A stretch of 64,000 bases of DNA from Cyanophora paradoxa CCMP329. Lineage: Eukaryota > Plantae > Glaucophyta. This document shows positions 20,903 to 33,283 of this stretch, in pieces. The stretch's first letter is position 1, and every line of letters begins with the position of its first letter. The translations under genes and the position numbers were made by a program. The DNA lies in contig QPMI01000179.1 of NCBI GenBank assembly GCA_004431415.1, forward strand, positions 1 through 64,000. The letters run 5' to 3'. The notes beneath the pieces are model-generated. The model worked only from the letters and a program-made list of their open reading frames with translations, was not told the origin of the DNA and did not search any database.

Positions 20903-21940
20903 ACTGAGCTCAAACAAAAATCAGCAAAGAGACACTCCTCCTTGTCATGCACACATGATAGAGTGCTCTGGAACACCCCAGGGCTCCCTGCCCACTGTTT
21001 TGTGTGGGTGGGGACCCCGGGAGGTTTTGTGGGACAACAGGGGGAGCGCTGACCCAGCATTCCCTGCACACTGTTTTGTGTGGGTGGGGACCCCTGGGAG
21101 GGGCAACTGGGGGAAGCGCTGACCGCAAAACAAGAAACTAGAAATACAACACCCATTCTCCTCATGTTGACCTCACAGAGTGCTCTGGAAACCCCCAGGG
21201 CTCCCTGCCCAATGTTTTTTGTGGATGGAGACCCCTGTGAGATTTTGGGGGACGACAGGGGGAGTGCTGACCCCAAACAAGAAACTAGAAATAACAACAC
21301 CCATTCTCCTCATGCAAACCGGACAGCGTGCTATGGAACCCCTCAGGGCTTCCTACCCACTGCTTTTTACGGACGGGGACCCCTGTGAAATTTTGGGGGG
21401 GCAACAGGGGGAGCACTGACCCCAAACAAGAACCCCAAAAAGAGATACCCATTCACATCATCAAAACCTGATATATATATGAGTGTTCAGGAACACTCCA
21501 GAACTCCCTGCACACTGTTTTGTGTGGGAGGGGACCCCTGTGAAATTTGGATGGGGCAACAGGGGGGTTCTTGTTTGGGGTTGTTGCTCCCCCTGTTGCC
21601 CCGTCCAAATTTCACAGGGATCCCCGTCCACAGAAAGCCGTGGGTAGGAATCCCTGTGGTGTTCCAGAGCACTCTGTCCGGTTCGCATGGGGAGAATGGG
21701 TGTCGTCATTTCTAGTTTCTCGTTTGGGGTCAGCGCTCCCCCGGGGTCCCTGTCCACACAAAACACTAGGTAGGGAGTGCTGGTGTGTTCCAGAGCACTC
21801 TGTCAGGTTCACATTAGGAGAATGGGTGTTGTATTTCTAGTTTCTTGTTTTGGGGTCAGCGCTTCCCCCAGTGGCCCCTCCAAAATCTCACAGGGGTCCC
21901 CACCCTCATAAAACAGTGTGCAGGGAGCCCTTGGGTGGTC
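20903..21940. repeat. SatB array with internal orientation switch near 21567
   Basis: Monomers read acctgacagagtg... up to ~21566, then in reverse complement. Confidence 0.92.
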
Positions 21941-22164
21941 TCAATTTCGGCACGAGTCATGCCGGTGGACGAGGCAGAGGGACCACGCTCTGTAGTTAGA
22001 GACGTTGGACCCACTCCTGGCGTCATTGAAACACAGAGGGACTGAAGCGATTCTTTGCGAGATTTGAATAGGGGGGACTGAACCCAAACAAGAAACTAGA
22101 AAAGAAACGCTCCACCTCGTCATGCGGGCGGAACTGAAATTGACCGCTGTGCGATCAGCGGACG

Positions 22165-23301
22165 ATGGACTCAGCCAGTCGGATGGGTCAAAGAAACCGA
22201 AGTAGGAGCAACGAACACGCGATGAACACGCGAGGAGCCAATAAACTCGCTGCTATCACCCGAACCCTAAGATATGATCTTGAGGATCTTGAGGATTTTT
22301 CGCGGGAGAGATTTGTCGTCGGCTTGATCACTGTTGTCATGTCAGTTCTTTTCTTGCTCATACCACAATCGTCCGCGCAGGGCATCCCGGCTATTTTCGT
22401 AACGGTAGGGTTTGAAGCTGAGCTCGCTGTCCGTTGCGTGAAGAGCATTGATTTCGAATATGGTCATCTTGTTGTGCTCTTTTCAATTGAAATCTCAGGT
22501 GTTGACAGTGCGGCTCGTGAAATCAGCCAGCTCCATCCAAGGGCTACCATCATACGCTCTACGTACAATATCGGCTGTGCAGGATCATGGAACTACCTGC
22601 TCATTCATTATCCGCATCTGCTATGGTGGCTATTTGTCAACGGGGATGTCACATTTCCTCCTGGAGCTCTCAGTGAGTTCTCTAAGATCTCCACAGACGC
22701 TTTCGAACTGAAAAAGAATGTTGCCGTTGTAATTGCAAATATTTACTGGTCGTTGTTCTCTCTTTCCAGATCTGCTGTCGAAGTAGTTGGGCTGTTCGAT
22801 GAAAATTTCTTTCCAGCATATGAGGAAGATTTGGACTACCAGGCGCGACTCCATGCATCAGGATTGAACATTATCAAGGCCCCTGTTCTTTTTACACATC
22901 GAGGGTATGCGCTTGCACACACGGAAGCCGGAACATTCGCTTCTGCCAGCAATGGTGTGAGTTTGGCTCAGGATGCAGTTCGAATGATATCTTCTGCCAA
23001 CAACCGACGATACCTTGAAGCAAAGTGGGCAGGACAAGTTGTTGATGGGATGTATGTTGGTACATTCCGATTTCCATTCAATGAATCGAGAAACCATATC
23101 AGTATGTGGATTTTCAACTCAAGACGAAGAAACTGCATTATGTCCATGGAGTACGATTGCACTGCCCCTGATCACCTGAATTTCGTGACTCTCAAGGGTT
23201 TTGGCACAGATCTTTTAAGCACAATAAAGAATGTCTCAATGTGGACTGGTGTTGACAGGCTTGCATTTTGTAACTTCTTTGACTGCAGAATTAGCTTATG
23301 A
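22165..23301 (+). CDS. Putative type II membrane GT-A glycosyltransferase (GT2/LPG1-like)
   Basis: 378-aa intronless ORF with an N-terminal TM segment (FVVGLITVVMSVLFLLIP) and motifs NIGCAGSWN, FVNGDV, VGLFDENFFPAYEEDLDYQARL. Confidence 0.75.
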   Translation: MDSASRMGQRNRSRSNEHAMNTRGANKLAAITRTLRYDLEDLEDFSRERFVVGLITVVMSVLFLLIPQSSAQGIPAIFVTVGFEAELAVRCVKSIDFEYGHLVVLFSIEISGVDSAAREISQLHPRATIIRSTYNIGCAGSWNYLLIHYPHLLWWLFVNGDVTFPPGALSEFSKISTDAFELKKNVAVVIANIYWSLFSLSRSAVEVVGLFDENFFPAYEEDLDYQARLHASGLNIIKAPVLFTHRGYALAHTEAGTFASASNGVSLAQDAVRMISSANNRRYLEAKWAGQVVDGMYVGTFRFPFNESRNHISMWIFNSRRRNCIMSMEYDCTAPDHLNFVTLKGFGTDLLSTIKNVSMWTGVDRLAFCNFFDCRISL

Positions 23302-23377
23302 TAAAGCATCAGTGCAATTAAACAATATGTTGATAAGTAAAAATCTATGTACAGCGGGGTGCACCTGTCCTGAGAGT

Positions 23378-23729
23378 TGGGCAGGACAAGTTGGTGATGG
23401 GATGTATGTTGGTACATTCTGATTTCCATTCAAAGAATCGAGAAACCATATCAGTATGTGGATTTTCAACTCACGACGAAGAAACTGCATTATGTCCATG
23501 GAGTACGATTGCACTGCCCCTGATCACCTGAATTTTGTGACTCTCAAGGGTTTTGGCACAGATCTTTTAAGCACAATAAAGAATATCTCAATGTGGACTG
23601 GTGTTGACAGGCTTGCATTTTGTAACTTCTTTGACTGCAGAATTTGCTTATGATAAAGCATCAGTGCAATTAAACAATATGTTGAGAAGTAAAAATCTAT
23701 GTACAGCGGGGTGCACCTGTCCTGAGAGT
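23378..23729 (+). repeat. 352-bp tandem duplication of the glycosyltransferase 3' end (copy of ~23026-23377)
   Basis: tgggcaggacaagtt...gtgcacctgtcctgagagtt occurs twice; the second copy has CGA>TGA. Confidence 0.95.
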
Positions 23730-23880
23730 TTGGGTGTGACTTGTGTGTATTCGCCCGGCCCCTGAGAGTTTGGGCATGCACCTGGTTATATCAGGCCCAA
23801 ACTCAGGGCAGGGTTAGGCGCACCCAAATCGAAAAGGATGGTAACTGGAACCAGCAGCCGGTCACCCAAGAGGCTGTAGC

Positions 23881-24223
23881 CCCCAACAGCACGCTCAGGG
23901 GTGAATGAGATATGGGCCCTAGATTTCAATATGGCTCGCAGTGGGCATCTGAGCACCCATTCATGCAGTGTTCATGGTGATCATAAGAATTGATCATGAT
24001 GCCTGGAAAAGATCCCTACCTTTTAACTGACTACCTTTAACTTTTAGATTTTGATAGTGGTAAGCGCTGGAAAGGTGCTCTTGCCTTGCCAAGCAATAGA
24101 GGGCCCAAATGCCAACACTTCATTTGTGCGGATTTGCATGGCAGCACAGACTCGCAACTGTCTTAAACGGACTTTGTAATCGAATCCGGCGCCCTCAAGA
24201 ACCCTCAACAGCATGCTCAGGGG
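23881..24223 (-). repeat. SatC, slightly more than one unit
   Basis: ctcagggg recurs at 23894 and 24216 (period 322). Confidence 0.85.
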
Positions 24224-24457
24224 GTTGTAAGAAGTGCTGAAGTTCACATTCACTCCAACCAACCGATAAATCTCTTGAAGAAGAAGATTCTTGAATTCTT
24301 TCCCCTGATCAGATGTGATGCGTAGAGGCAGTCCATGAAGAGGAATCCACTTCTCAAATAGAGCCTTGACAATGTACATGGGAGACTTGGTCCAAACAGG
24401 AACAGCCTCTGCTCGGAAAGCATCAAGAATGGTAATTAAATACATGTTGCCGGTCAA
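24224..24457 (-). pseudogene. pol: Gypsy integrase core fragment
   Basis: GNMYLITILDAF...WIPLHGLPLRITSDQGKEF...STSYNP. Confidence 0.9.
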
Positions 24458-24559
24458 GCAACACTATTCAGGCAGTCTATCATCGTAGGCTTGGGCCCTT
24501 CATTAGGTCCTTAGTTAACAACTGTATTAATAAAGCTATCCTGCTCTCCGCACAGGGAG

Positions 24560-24690
24560 GAAGGCTGGCTGACGAGGACAATGTCTTGGTGGACATTGAC
24601 CAGGAGGACATCATGGCTGGCCAGCCTAGGGTGGACGTGATTAAGCCGCTCCTGCGCAACCTTATTCTTCCCAAATTCGAGTATTCTGCT
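24560..24690 (+). pseudogene. gag: Gag N-terminal fragment (lineage A)
   Basis: DEDNVLVDIDQEDIMAGQPRVDVIKPLL aligns with DDVIVDVDNQDDINQEDDMAQPNVDVLKPFL at 26080. Confidence 0.65.
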
Positions 24691-25645
24691 CTCTCTATGT
24701 GGAGTCAGGGAAGTTGATGTGGAGTCAGGATCCTGCAAAGTTGATGTGGATGTGGAACAAATAAACTGTACTGGAAAGATACAGAAACGGACAATAGGAA
24801 CTGAAAAGCGTACAATGTTGGCCCCCCGATTCCGGTCTCTCAATCCCTTGGGCAGACTCTGCAGGTGGGAACATCGACGGGCATATTCCCGAGCGCCCAC
24901 AGCCGCGTTGTCGTCTAGAGCTAGCAGCTGTGGCACTGCATATCGCAGCACAAGGTAGATCCAGTTGATGTGGATGGCCCTGCAGACCTTGCGGATGTCC
25001 CCGGCAGCAAGAGAATGTGGAGACGTTGCTGCTCGACCTCACCAATCAGGTCGTTGAGGAGCTCTCGAAGGAGATCTGCTGTGCTGGAAGTTGCGCCACA
25101 CTCTCCGGAGAAGTGGGATGACACGATGCGGAGGGTGCCTCCTTGCAGAAGGACATGTCTCACTCAACGTGACAGCTTCACAACGAGCGAAGAGGACCAC
25201 TTGCCGATCGCCTTGTCCTCCAGGCGGAGATCAATGTGGGTGAACATTTGCTGCTCGAGTGCACGTCCCTGTTCGATCAGACACCCGTAGGGGGGCCTGG
25301 AGGAGGATGCGATCACCTTTACGGTTGTGAAGTCAAGTGGGCCTTCGACGGCAACAATGGACAAGAGATCGTCGCTAAGAGAGCTCAGTCCAGCGAAGGA
25401 GACATTGTGGACGGTAGCCACGGCCACAGCGGGGGGTCCCCTTGACCTCTTGATGTGGAGTGTAGCTGGTCCGGGTTCTGTGTCGTAGTCTGCCCCCTAG
25501 ATCGCCCCTCTTTCTCTTTCGGCGTAGGATATTTGTATCCCCTTCTGCTGCCCCTGTACCCCAGTCTTGGTGTGTCCAATAATAAAGTGTCCACAGTCCT
25601 TATCATTTGGGGGCCGCTGTGCAGAACCGCTCTGCCGCGGGAAAG

Positions 25646-26056
25646 TGTATAGTCTTCTTCTTTGTCGTATTTGACGGCTTACTTTCGATGCTACGCGCTT
25701 GAATCTTGGAACTCGTCTGTCGTCGCGCGTACAGGCGCAAATCGTTCTCAAATGTGCTTTCATGTACAATTGTAACCTATGCGCATCGTTGGCACATCGC
25801 ACAGCTGCTCTGCGCGCGCGCACGTGCTGGACTTCTGGCATGGAATGTTCTAGAACTTCGCTGAACCTCGCGTTCTGCGGTCATTCCGTGTGCTACTGAG
25901 CTATAAAAGACTCTTGCGCATGGTTTCTCGCCGCCTGAGTGCGTTCTGACGGTTTTTTGTGGAACCTTCCAGAACACCCCTTCCTGTCATGAAGTCTTGC
26001 TCTCGTCATCTAGACTCTTTCCTGCTGCTTCAGTAGTACTGCTCTCTTTTATTTCA
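25646..26056 (+). mobile_element. 5' LTR of a lineage-A gypsy (left edge uncertain: 25618 or 25646)
   Basis: TG start, TATA-like ctataaaa at 25901, ends tttca 3 nt before a PBS. Confidence 0.55.
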
Positions 26057-26059
26057 ATC

Positions 26060-26077
26060 TGGCGAGTGCTACAAGGA
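26060..26077 (+). promoter_or_regulatory. PBS (tggcgagtgctacaagga), possibly tRNA-Arg type
   Basis: TGG start after the LTR CA and immediately before gag; the TGGCG start is typical of Arg-primed elements. Confidence 0.6.
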
Positions 26078-26079
26078 GC

Positions 26080-27283
26080 TTGACCGCACTGCTGGACTTT
26101 GTGCTCGACCATCTGCTGACAGAAGTACTGCGTGACCTCGCAGCAGAATCCCTGTCAGAACCCCTAGACGACGTGATTGTGGACGTTGATAACCAAGACG
26201 ACATTAACCAGGAAGACGACATGGCACAGCCTAATGTGGACGTGCTCAAGCCCTTCCTCAAAACTGCTACTTTCCCTGCTTTCTCTGCTTCTTCTCCTAC
26301 TGATTGGCTGGAGAGTGTGCAAGCACTCCTCCAGGTCGTTCAGATTATCCCCTCAGATGGAACTGACGACCGCCCTGTGAATACATGGCCCAATCAAATG
26401 CAACTCGACCACAATTATGCTTGGAAGCAAGTTCTTATCAAGCTTGGATCCTGTTTTGCTCACGCTGAAAATGGAGCTGATTTCTGTCGTAAGGCTCTGC
26501 GCACTGCCTCATGGCCCGATTTCTTGAAGCAGTTCGATGAGTATTATCGACACAAGAGTGTTCAGCGTGATGCACGCAAAAAGTTCTGGGGCCTAAGCTA
26601 TGCCGACGCCGTTCGTGACAATGGGAACATTCCAGTTCCATATGAGCAATTTTCCTCTACTGTGTTCCAATACGCAAAAGAGGTGAGGCCCACAATCACA
26701 GACAACGAGATTATGAGTCATGTTTGGACTGAATGCGGATTTCCTGGGGAGCTTGCCAGTGATCTTAAGAATCGTGCGCAATTCGATCACAGGTTGCGTA
26801 CGATGTGGATTTCGTTTGTTCGAAGCGCGAATGTTGGCGCTTCGCCTTTCTTTTTCAATTCTCCTAATCCGACCCTTCCAAAATTCTCGAATCCTGCGAT
26901 AAACGCATTTTCTACTACCGAGCGCAGCTACTTCGTTACGCGCTCAGAGTTCGAGGATTTTAAGGCTGAATTGGCGAAAGAAGTTGATTCGAAAGTGAAT
27001 CGCCTCGATCGCAAAATTGACGATCGTCTTGATGAATTGCGTGCTGATTTGCGCGATAACAATCGCCTGTTGCGCAGCATTGCTTCGTCGCTGAAATTTT
27101 CTGATGCTGGTGCGCAAAACCGATCTCACGGAGGCGATGTCCAGCGCAGAGGCGACACTTGGCGTGGCTCGTACAACTGGCCGACCCCCTGCTCAGCGCG
27201 GACGCTCTCAGGAACGTCGCTCTGTGTCGGCTGATCCTGGTCGCCGAGGCAGCTCCCAGCCTCGCGGCTCGGGAAACGCCTAG
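26080..27283 (+). mobile_element. gag: Gypsy gag (lineage A) with one indel near 27178; inferred true end ...RGSGNA*
   Basis: Long ORF after the PBS; the alternative frame GRPPAQRGRSQERRSVSADPGRRGSSQPRGSGNA* ends just past the slippery site. Confidence 0.8.
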
Positions 27284-27314
27284 CCCCGCCTGTTCTGCTC
27301 CGCCAGGCTGGGGC
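27271..27314 (+). promoter_or_regulatory. Programmed -1 ribosomal frameshift signal
   Basis: G GGA AAC heptamer at 27271-27277, 5-6 nt spacer, stem gccccgcctg/caggctggggc; the -1 frame is the pol frame. Confidence 0.8.
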
Positions 27315-29590
27315 GAAGTTGAAGCCAGCCACCCCTCGAGGCTCACTCGTGTCTCTTGCCCCGTTGATAACTTTCAATGAGTTTCTTCGTCGCTCGAGTG
27401 CACGTGGTGATGTCTCTCTCTCTCATCCTTCTCTTATTGTCAATACGCATCCTTCTAACCCATCCTCCAATCCCTGTTCTGTTCCTCGAGTCCCTTTATC
27501 AGTCCGGAGGGAAAACCTCATTTCAAGTGAATCACCTATTGTGGCCAAGCCTGTTCGTCCTTCCGATGACGAACACACTTCGATGGGTCAAACGCAGTTG
27601 CGTGAGCATACGCAAGACGCTGGGAATGTGCCTGCACCAAGAACAGTGCAAATATTGAAGTCCAATGGTGTGATCGAGGAGAAGCAGTTTGCTTCGAGTT
27701 CTGATGCCTTTGGTCAATCCAATGCCACTTCTGAACTTGAGATTCGTTCTTTTCCACGCAAGCACTATGCAAATCTTGCGAAATATTCGAATCTGGCCCC
27801 AGTGGCTGCTTCTCTTGAATATGATGGGCATAACACTTACATACTCAACTCTGTGGACCTGAAGCATACCCCCGGAGGTCCTACAGTTGCTGGACGTCGA
27901 TTTGCGACTACTCCACCCGGTCGGTCACTGCTAGAGGTCAAAATAAAGGGTCGAGCCTACTCCTTTTTGCTGGACACAGGAGCGGACATTTCCATTATTC
28001 TTTTGCATCATGTGAAGGATCTTGGTCTCGAACATAAGCTGTTTCGAACTCGTCACACACCTTCAGTTCGACTTCCAAATTCAGAAGTCATTCATGTTCC
28101 GGGAGAGATTGTCATTTCTGGGACAGTTGGTCCCTTGACTACTTCTATCCCTTTCCTGGTTTGCGATTTCCCTCGATTTTCCTATGATGGAATCTTGGGA
28201 CAAGACTTCTTTAGTGCCCATGGAGTCACTTACCAGAATTTGGAAGATGGACGGCGCACTGTTACCTTCTCACGGTTCAAGGACAAGCCTGTTGAATGTA
28301 AGATTTTCCCAATTTGTCAAGGCACTGATCGGCCACAGGAGTCAGAGCCGGACTCTCCACCTGCTCCACCTGAGAAGAATTCAAGTTCATGCAATAGCTG
28401 GACGCCTCAGGAGCATGGAGTGGTGCTGGAGGTGGCAAGATCGGTTAAAATTGCACCTGGAGAACAAAAGTGGGTTGAGTTTCGAGTGCGTGACCACCAT
28501 TTTGTTCAAGATGGTGGAGGCAAGATTGAAGGTCGCTATAAATGGGACGGCGATCCCATGATTCACGTGGCCAGTGGATATGCTGATTGCCATGGAGGCA
28601 GAGTCAAGGCACTTGTGGTGAATTTTGACCGGCAACAAGGTGGTCCCGCCACAACAGTGCCTCGTGGTCTCAAACTTGCTCGATTTGTTCCCTTGAGCAG
28701 AGTTGTTTCTGAGATTTGTGACATTGGCCTTGTACTTTCTTATGACCAAGATGGGCGTGGAAGCCTGGAGTATTTAAACAATGGCGCCCCTCCTGCTTCC
28801 GATGAGTCTTGTGCCAAGGAAGTTAATGTCACTTCTGCCGAAGCTGTTCTGACCTCTCAGCGTTCTTTCTCTCAGCACAAACCTTCCGAGATCACTGATC
28901 ATTCTGAGATTCCACATGGACATGGGCCTCTGAAATACCAATCTGCCAATTCTTCTCCCTCAATTTCTTCTTCACTGCAGCCAGAAGTAGGTTCTTCTAC
29001 ATCGCTTGATATGCATTCCAAGAGTTCTTCTGTATCTATGGTTCCCCCATTCACTCCCACTGCTCATCTTCAATATCAAGTATCCATTGATGAGGCGAAG
29101 TCTCGGTCGTATGAGGAGCTCAAGCAACGATTCGGTGAGCCTGCTGCTGATATTCTTCGTCAGATTGATGTTGGAGATAGAGGAGACAAGTCTGCGGATC
29201 GTGCTCGCATGTATGAGTTTCTTGAGAAGAACATCAAGGTCTTCCAAGATAAGCCTCCAGTTTATGATCCAGATACTCCTAAACCTCCAATCAAACATAC
29301 CATTCCTACTGGGAATGCAGCTCCCATCGCTGAACCTCCTCGGCGGATGTCTGCAACAGAACGCCAGAAAGTCCTTGATGAGACCAAACCTCTTCTGGAG
29401 CGTAATTTAATCAAGCCTTCTCGATCTGCTTGGGCGGCTCCTGTCGTCCTTGTCAAGAAGAAGGATGGTTCCTGGCGGTTCTGCATTGATTATCGGAGAC
29501 TCAACGCTGTCACCTCTGATGATGCATATCCCCTCCCACGCATAGATGATGCATTAGAAGCTTTGTCGGGTGCTTTATATATCTCTACTG
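27271..29590 (+). mobile_element. pol: Gypsy pol (lineage A): PR, dUTPase-like domain, RT N-terminus; truncated
   Basis: LLDTGAD, GILGQDF, SAWAAPVVLVKKKDGSWRFCIDYRRLN; stops at RT motif A. Confidence 0.95.
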
Positions 29591-29959
29591 GTGATAAAGC
29601 ACCGACAAAGCTTCTAATGCATCAGAAGGAGCACTGAGCCCAAACAAGAGATCAGCAAAGAGACATTCCCCTTAGCCTGCATCTCATGTGCACTTGGCTT
29701 TTGAGCGTGACATGTGGGGGTTTCTGCGACTCAGGATGTCAGGAGGTAGAGCTGCCGTGCGTGCCGGGGAGCCGTACTCACCCTCGACCTTGTCGGAAGA
29801 GGCGCAAGAAGAAGCACAAGAAGAAGAACGCCGAAATCCCTCCGGCTGGGTCTCCTCATCTTCTCTTATGCCGAGGGAGGCCGCGGGTAGCGGCGTCCCC
29901 CCCTCAAAAGCGGGCCTCGGAGCAGCACCTCACAGCAATCCCACACCAATCCCACAGCA

Positions 29960-30570
29960 CCTCCACACGGCCGCGCGACTGGACGGAGTCCTTGCGTCTG
30001 AAGCCCTGGCAGCGCGCATGCAGGCTACTCGTACACTCTACACTGCCCGAGTCCTGACTGCAATCCGCTCTGACCACTTCCCCGTGATCACCTCGTTCAA
30101 CATCGAGGGCCTTCTCCCCTCGCTAGATAACGACGGGAACGCGGTTCGCCCCAGCGTACGCCCTCAAACCCAGCCCCTTCCCCCCGTTTTCACCTACCTG
30201 GCGCAACCGGCAGAGACGCGCGTCAGGGCAAAGATGCACGTCCAGACCTGGCTGGCCCGATCCTCGCACCAAGTCAACCTCATCCTTCGCCCCACGGAAC
30301 AACAGCGGACGCATCCAAATTACCCTAGGCAGGTCAAGCGGGCAGTCCGCACGCTCATGCACGCCCTCGTGGAAGCAATTAAATACGCGGCCGAGTCGCC
30401 CGACCTCAGTGAGGCCCAGCTCCTCCAATACCGCCAGCGCCGCGACCGGACCCCCAGCATATTCACCCCAGGAGCGAAGGACCAGGACTCCGGCATCCTG
30501 CTTCAGGTCCAGGGATGCCTCTCAGCTTGGGCGCGCCACGCCGACACGTCTGGCCCCCCACCTGCAATAG
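29960..30570 (+). pseudogene. Non-LTR retrotransposon APE endonuclease C-terminus and linker
   Basis: TAARLDGVLAS...IRSDHFPVITSF matches the APE motifs SR(I/L)D.(I/V)L.S and SDH.P. Confidence 0.75.
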
Positions 30571-32740
30571 CCCCTGACAGTGCCGACGGCTCCAGACAGT
30601 GCCGACGGCTCCGTTTGCTCTCCCCCCTCCCCTCACCTACTCTTCCCCTCAGCCCAACCTGGCAGAAAGTGCCCCCCCCCTCTCCCCCCCTCCCCCCCAG
30701 GGCCAAGGACAACTCCGCTTCACGACCTCCCCACCCTCCAGCTCGACCGTGGATAGCTAGGATAGAACAGCAAGACGTCTTCCCTCTATGCCGCAGAGCC
30801 TCAGAGCTAGCCTTGGTGCCCCCCCAGGTCAATGATAACGACGGGGCGGTGGTTGTTGTGTTTAATACGAATATTGCCCGGTTGGGCTTTTGCAAAAAAA
30901 GCTAGTACTCCATGGCCACACCCGGCGAGGTTGCACTGCAATTAAGAAGAGTGCCTGTGCAGTGGGAAAGCAAAGATAAAGCACTTTGCACAGGAAAGGG
31001 AGATTTGCACCGAGAAGCTTGGGGATCGTAAGGAGCGCGAGCTGCTTCCGATTGCGGGCTTGGAGAGCGTGCCATGCGGTCAAAATCTTCGTGCAGTTCT
31101 GCCCCCGCCCTCCGGGCCCCCTTGCGGCTGCGGGCGTATACCATTATGGTCACCGGCGCCCTGTATATCTTGTGTCACAGTGTAGTGCGGCCCCCTCCAA
31201 CTTCTACCCTTCATGATTAGTATCCCTTCATGTGTTTCCTGTGCCTCCTTGGCGCCTCCTTCTCCAGCTTTTCTATCTTTAAGATTAAGCAGCAGCTTTT
31301 CATGTGCAGCTTTTGCTTGTAGCCTGTCTAGATCTAGATCTTGAGAGACATGTATCCGATGATCTATGCTTATGCCATGTTTCATTCGACTATGCTCTAT
31401 CTTCATTGCAAACATTTGATTGCCTCAATGGATCTATATCTAGTACTCCATGGCCACACCCGGCGAGGTTGCACCGCAATTAAGAAGAGTGCCTGTGCAG
31501 TGGGTAAGGAAAGATAGAGCACTTTGCACAAGAAAGGGAGATTTGCACCGAGAAGCGTGGGGATCGTAAGGAGCGCGAGCTGCTTCCGATTGCGGGCTTG
31601 GAGAGCGTGCCATGCGGTCGAAATCTTCGTCTGCTCGATGGCCCACAGAGTGTCAAACTTAAGGACGATCTTCAGGAACGTCCCCTCTTTCTATGCGAGC
31701 CAGGAGCCTCGGGTCTTTCTTGCCGTCCTTCTTGATCAGTGCCATGGCTCGCATGCGCACTGCCTTGCGGGGGATGGCTTCTGCGTCAACCAGTTTCCCC
31801 TCTTCCTCCATCGGCTGAATTTCATCCTTGTTCAGGTAAGAGCAAATCTGCAAAGAAGCGCGTATGGGCACAGGCCTCTTCAAGAAGCCAACCGCGAGCA
31901 AACGTCTTCAAGGTTGTTGCTCCAACGAAAGCGCTTCTGAACTCGGTCGTCATTCAAATGGGACCCCCCTGGTCCAAGATCTGGCAAGAATAGTCGGAAA
32001 AGAATAACAGGGATCTTGCATCGTCGGCCAAGAAAGGAAAACGCAACAAGGTTGGTGGAAGGACTCAGTTCTACGCGCTGCGTTTGCGGCACACATAAAA
32101 TTGGCCCGGGGGATACTGGACTGTTTCGACATCGCAGCAGTACCCCTGATAGATATGGCGCCAAAGAAGAACTGGTCACACCCCCACCCCCCCCACCCCC
32201 TGGGCAGCGCCAAGCAAAACTTCTAGGCGACTAGTACTCCCCCTCCCGGCAGTGCCAAGCAAAAAAGCACCAACCCGGCCCCGCCCACCGCCTCGCCAAC
32301 GGTTTGTGAACCATGCGCACGCGTGCTCCGGCTCCCAGTGTCCGCCTGCCCCGACCGCTGTACCCTTTAATTGCCACTGCCTGGGGCGCCCGTCCAGTTC
32401 TGCCCCCGCCCTCCGGGCCCCCTTGCGGCTGCGGGTGTATACCATTATGGTCACCAGCGCCCTGTATATCTTGTGTCACAGTGTAGTGCGGCCCCCTCCA
32501 ACTTCTACCCTTCATGATTAGTATCCTTTCATGTGTTTCCTGTGCCTCCTTGGCGCCTCCTTCTCCAGCTTTTCTATCTTTTAGATTAAGCAGCAGCTTT
32601 TCATGTGCAGCTTTTGCTTGTAGCCTGTCTAGATCTAGATCTTGAGAGACATGTATCCGATGATCTATGCTTATGCCATGTTTCATTCGACTATGCTCTA
32701 TCTTCATTGCAAACATTTGATTGCCTCAATGGATCTATAG

Positions 32741-33283
32741 CTAGTACTCCATGGCCACACCCGGCGAGGTTGCACCGCAATTAAGAAGAGTGCCTGTGCA
32801 GTGGGTAAGGAAAGATAGAGCACTTTGCACAAGAAAGGGAGATTTGCACCGAGAAGCGTGGGGATCGTAAGGAGCGCGAGCTGCTTCCGATTGCGGGCTT
32901 GGAGAGCGTGCCATGCGGTCGAAATCTTCGTCTGCTCGATGGCCCGCAGAGTGTCGAACATAAGGACGAGATCTTCAGGAACGTCCCTTCTTTCTATGCG
33001 AGCCAGGAGCCTCGGGTCTTTCTTGCCGTCCTTCTTGATCAGCGCCGTGGCTCGCATGCGCACTGCCTTGCGGCGGATGGCTTCTGCGTCAACCAGTTTC
33101 CCCTCTTCCTCCATCGGCTGAATTTCATCCTTGTTCCGGTAAGGGCAAATCTGCAAAGAAGCGCGTACTGGCACAGGCCTCTTCAAGAAGCCAAGCGTGA
33201 GCAAACCTCTTCAAGGTTGTTGCTCCAACGAAAGCGCTTCTGAACTCGGTCATCATTCAAATGGGACCCCGCTGGTCCAAGAT
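32741..33283 (-). CDS. Spliced gene model in the macrosatellite unit (possible Myb/SANT-like); representative copy, 5' end undefined
   Basis: Exons 33283-33207, 33150-32850 and 32793-32741 separated by two 56-nt GT-AG introns with matching phases; product ...VQKRFRWSNNLEE|ICPYRNKDE...TKISTAWHALQARNRKQ...AMEY*. Confidence 0.55.

Noticed and set aside
27232-27234. Stop-codon readthrough between in-frame gag and pol ORFs
   Set aside because: Better explained by an upstream indel plus the -1 slippery site and stem-loop.
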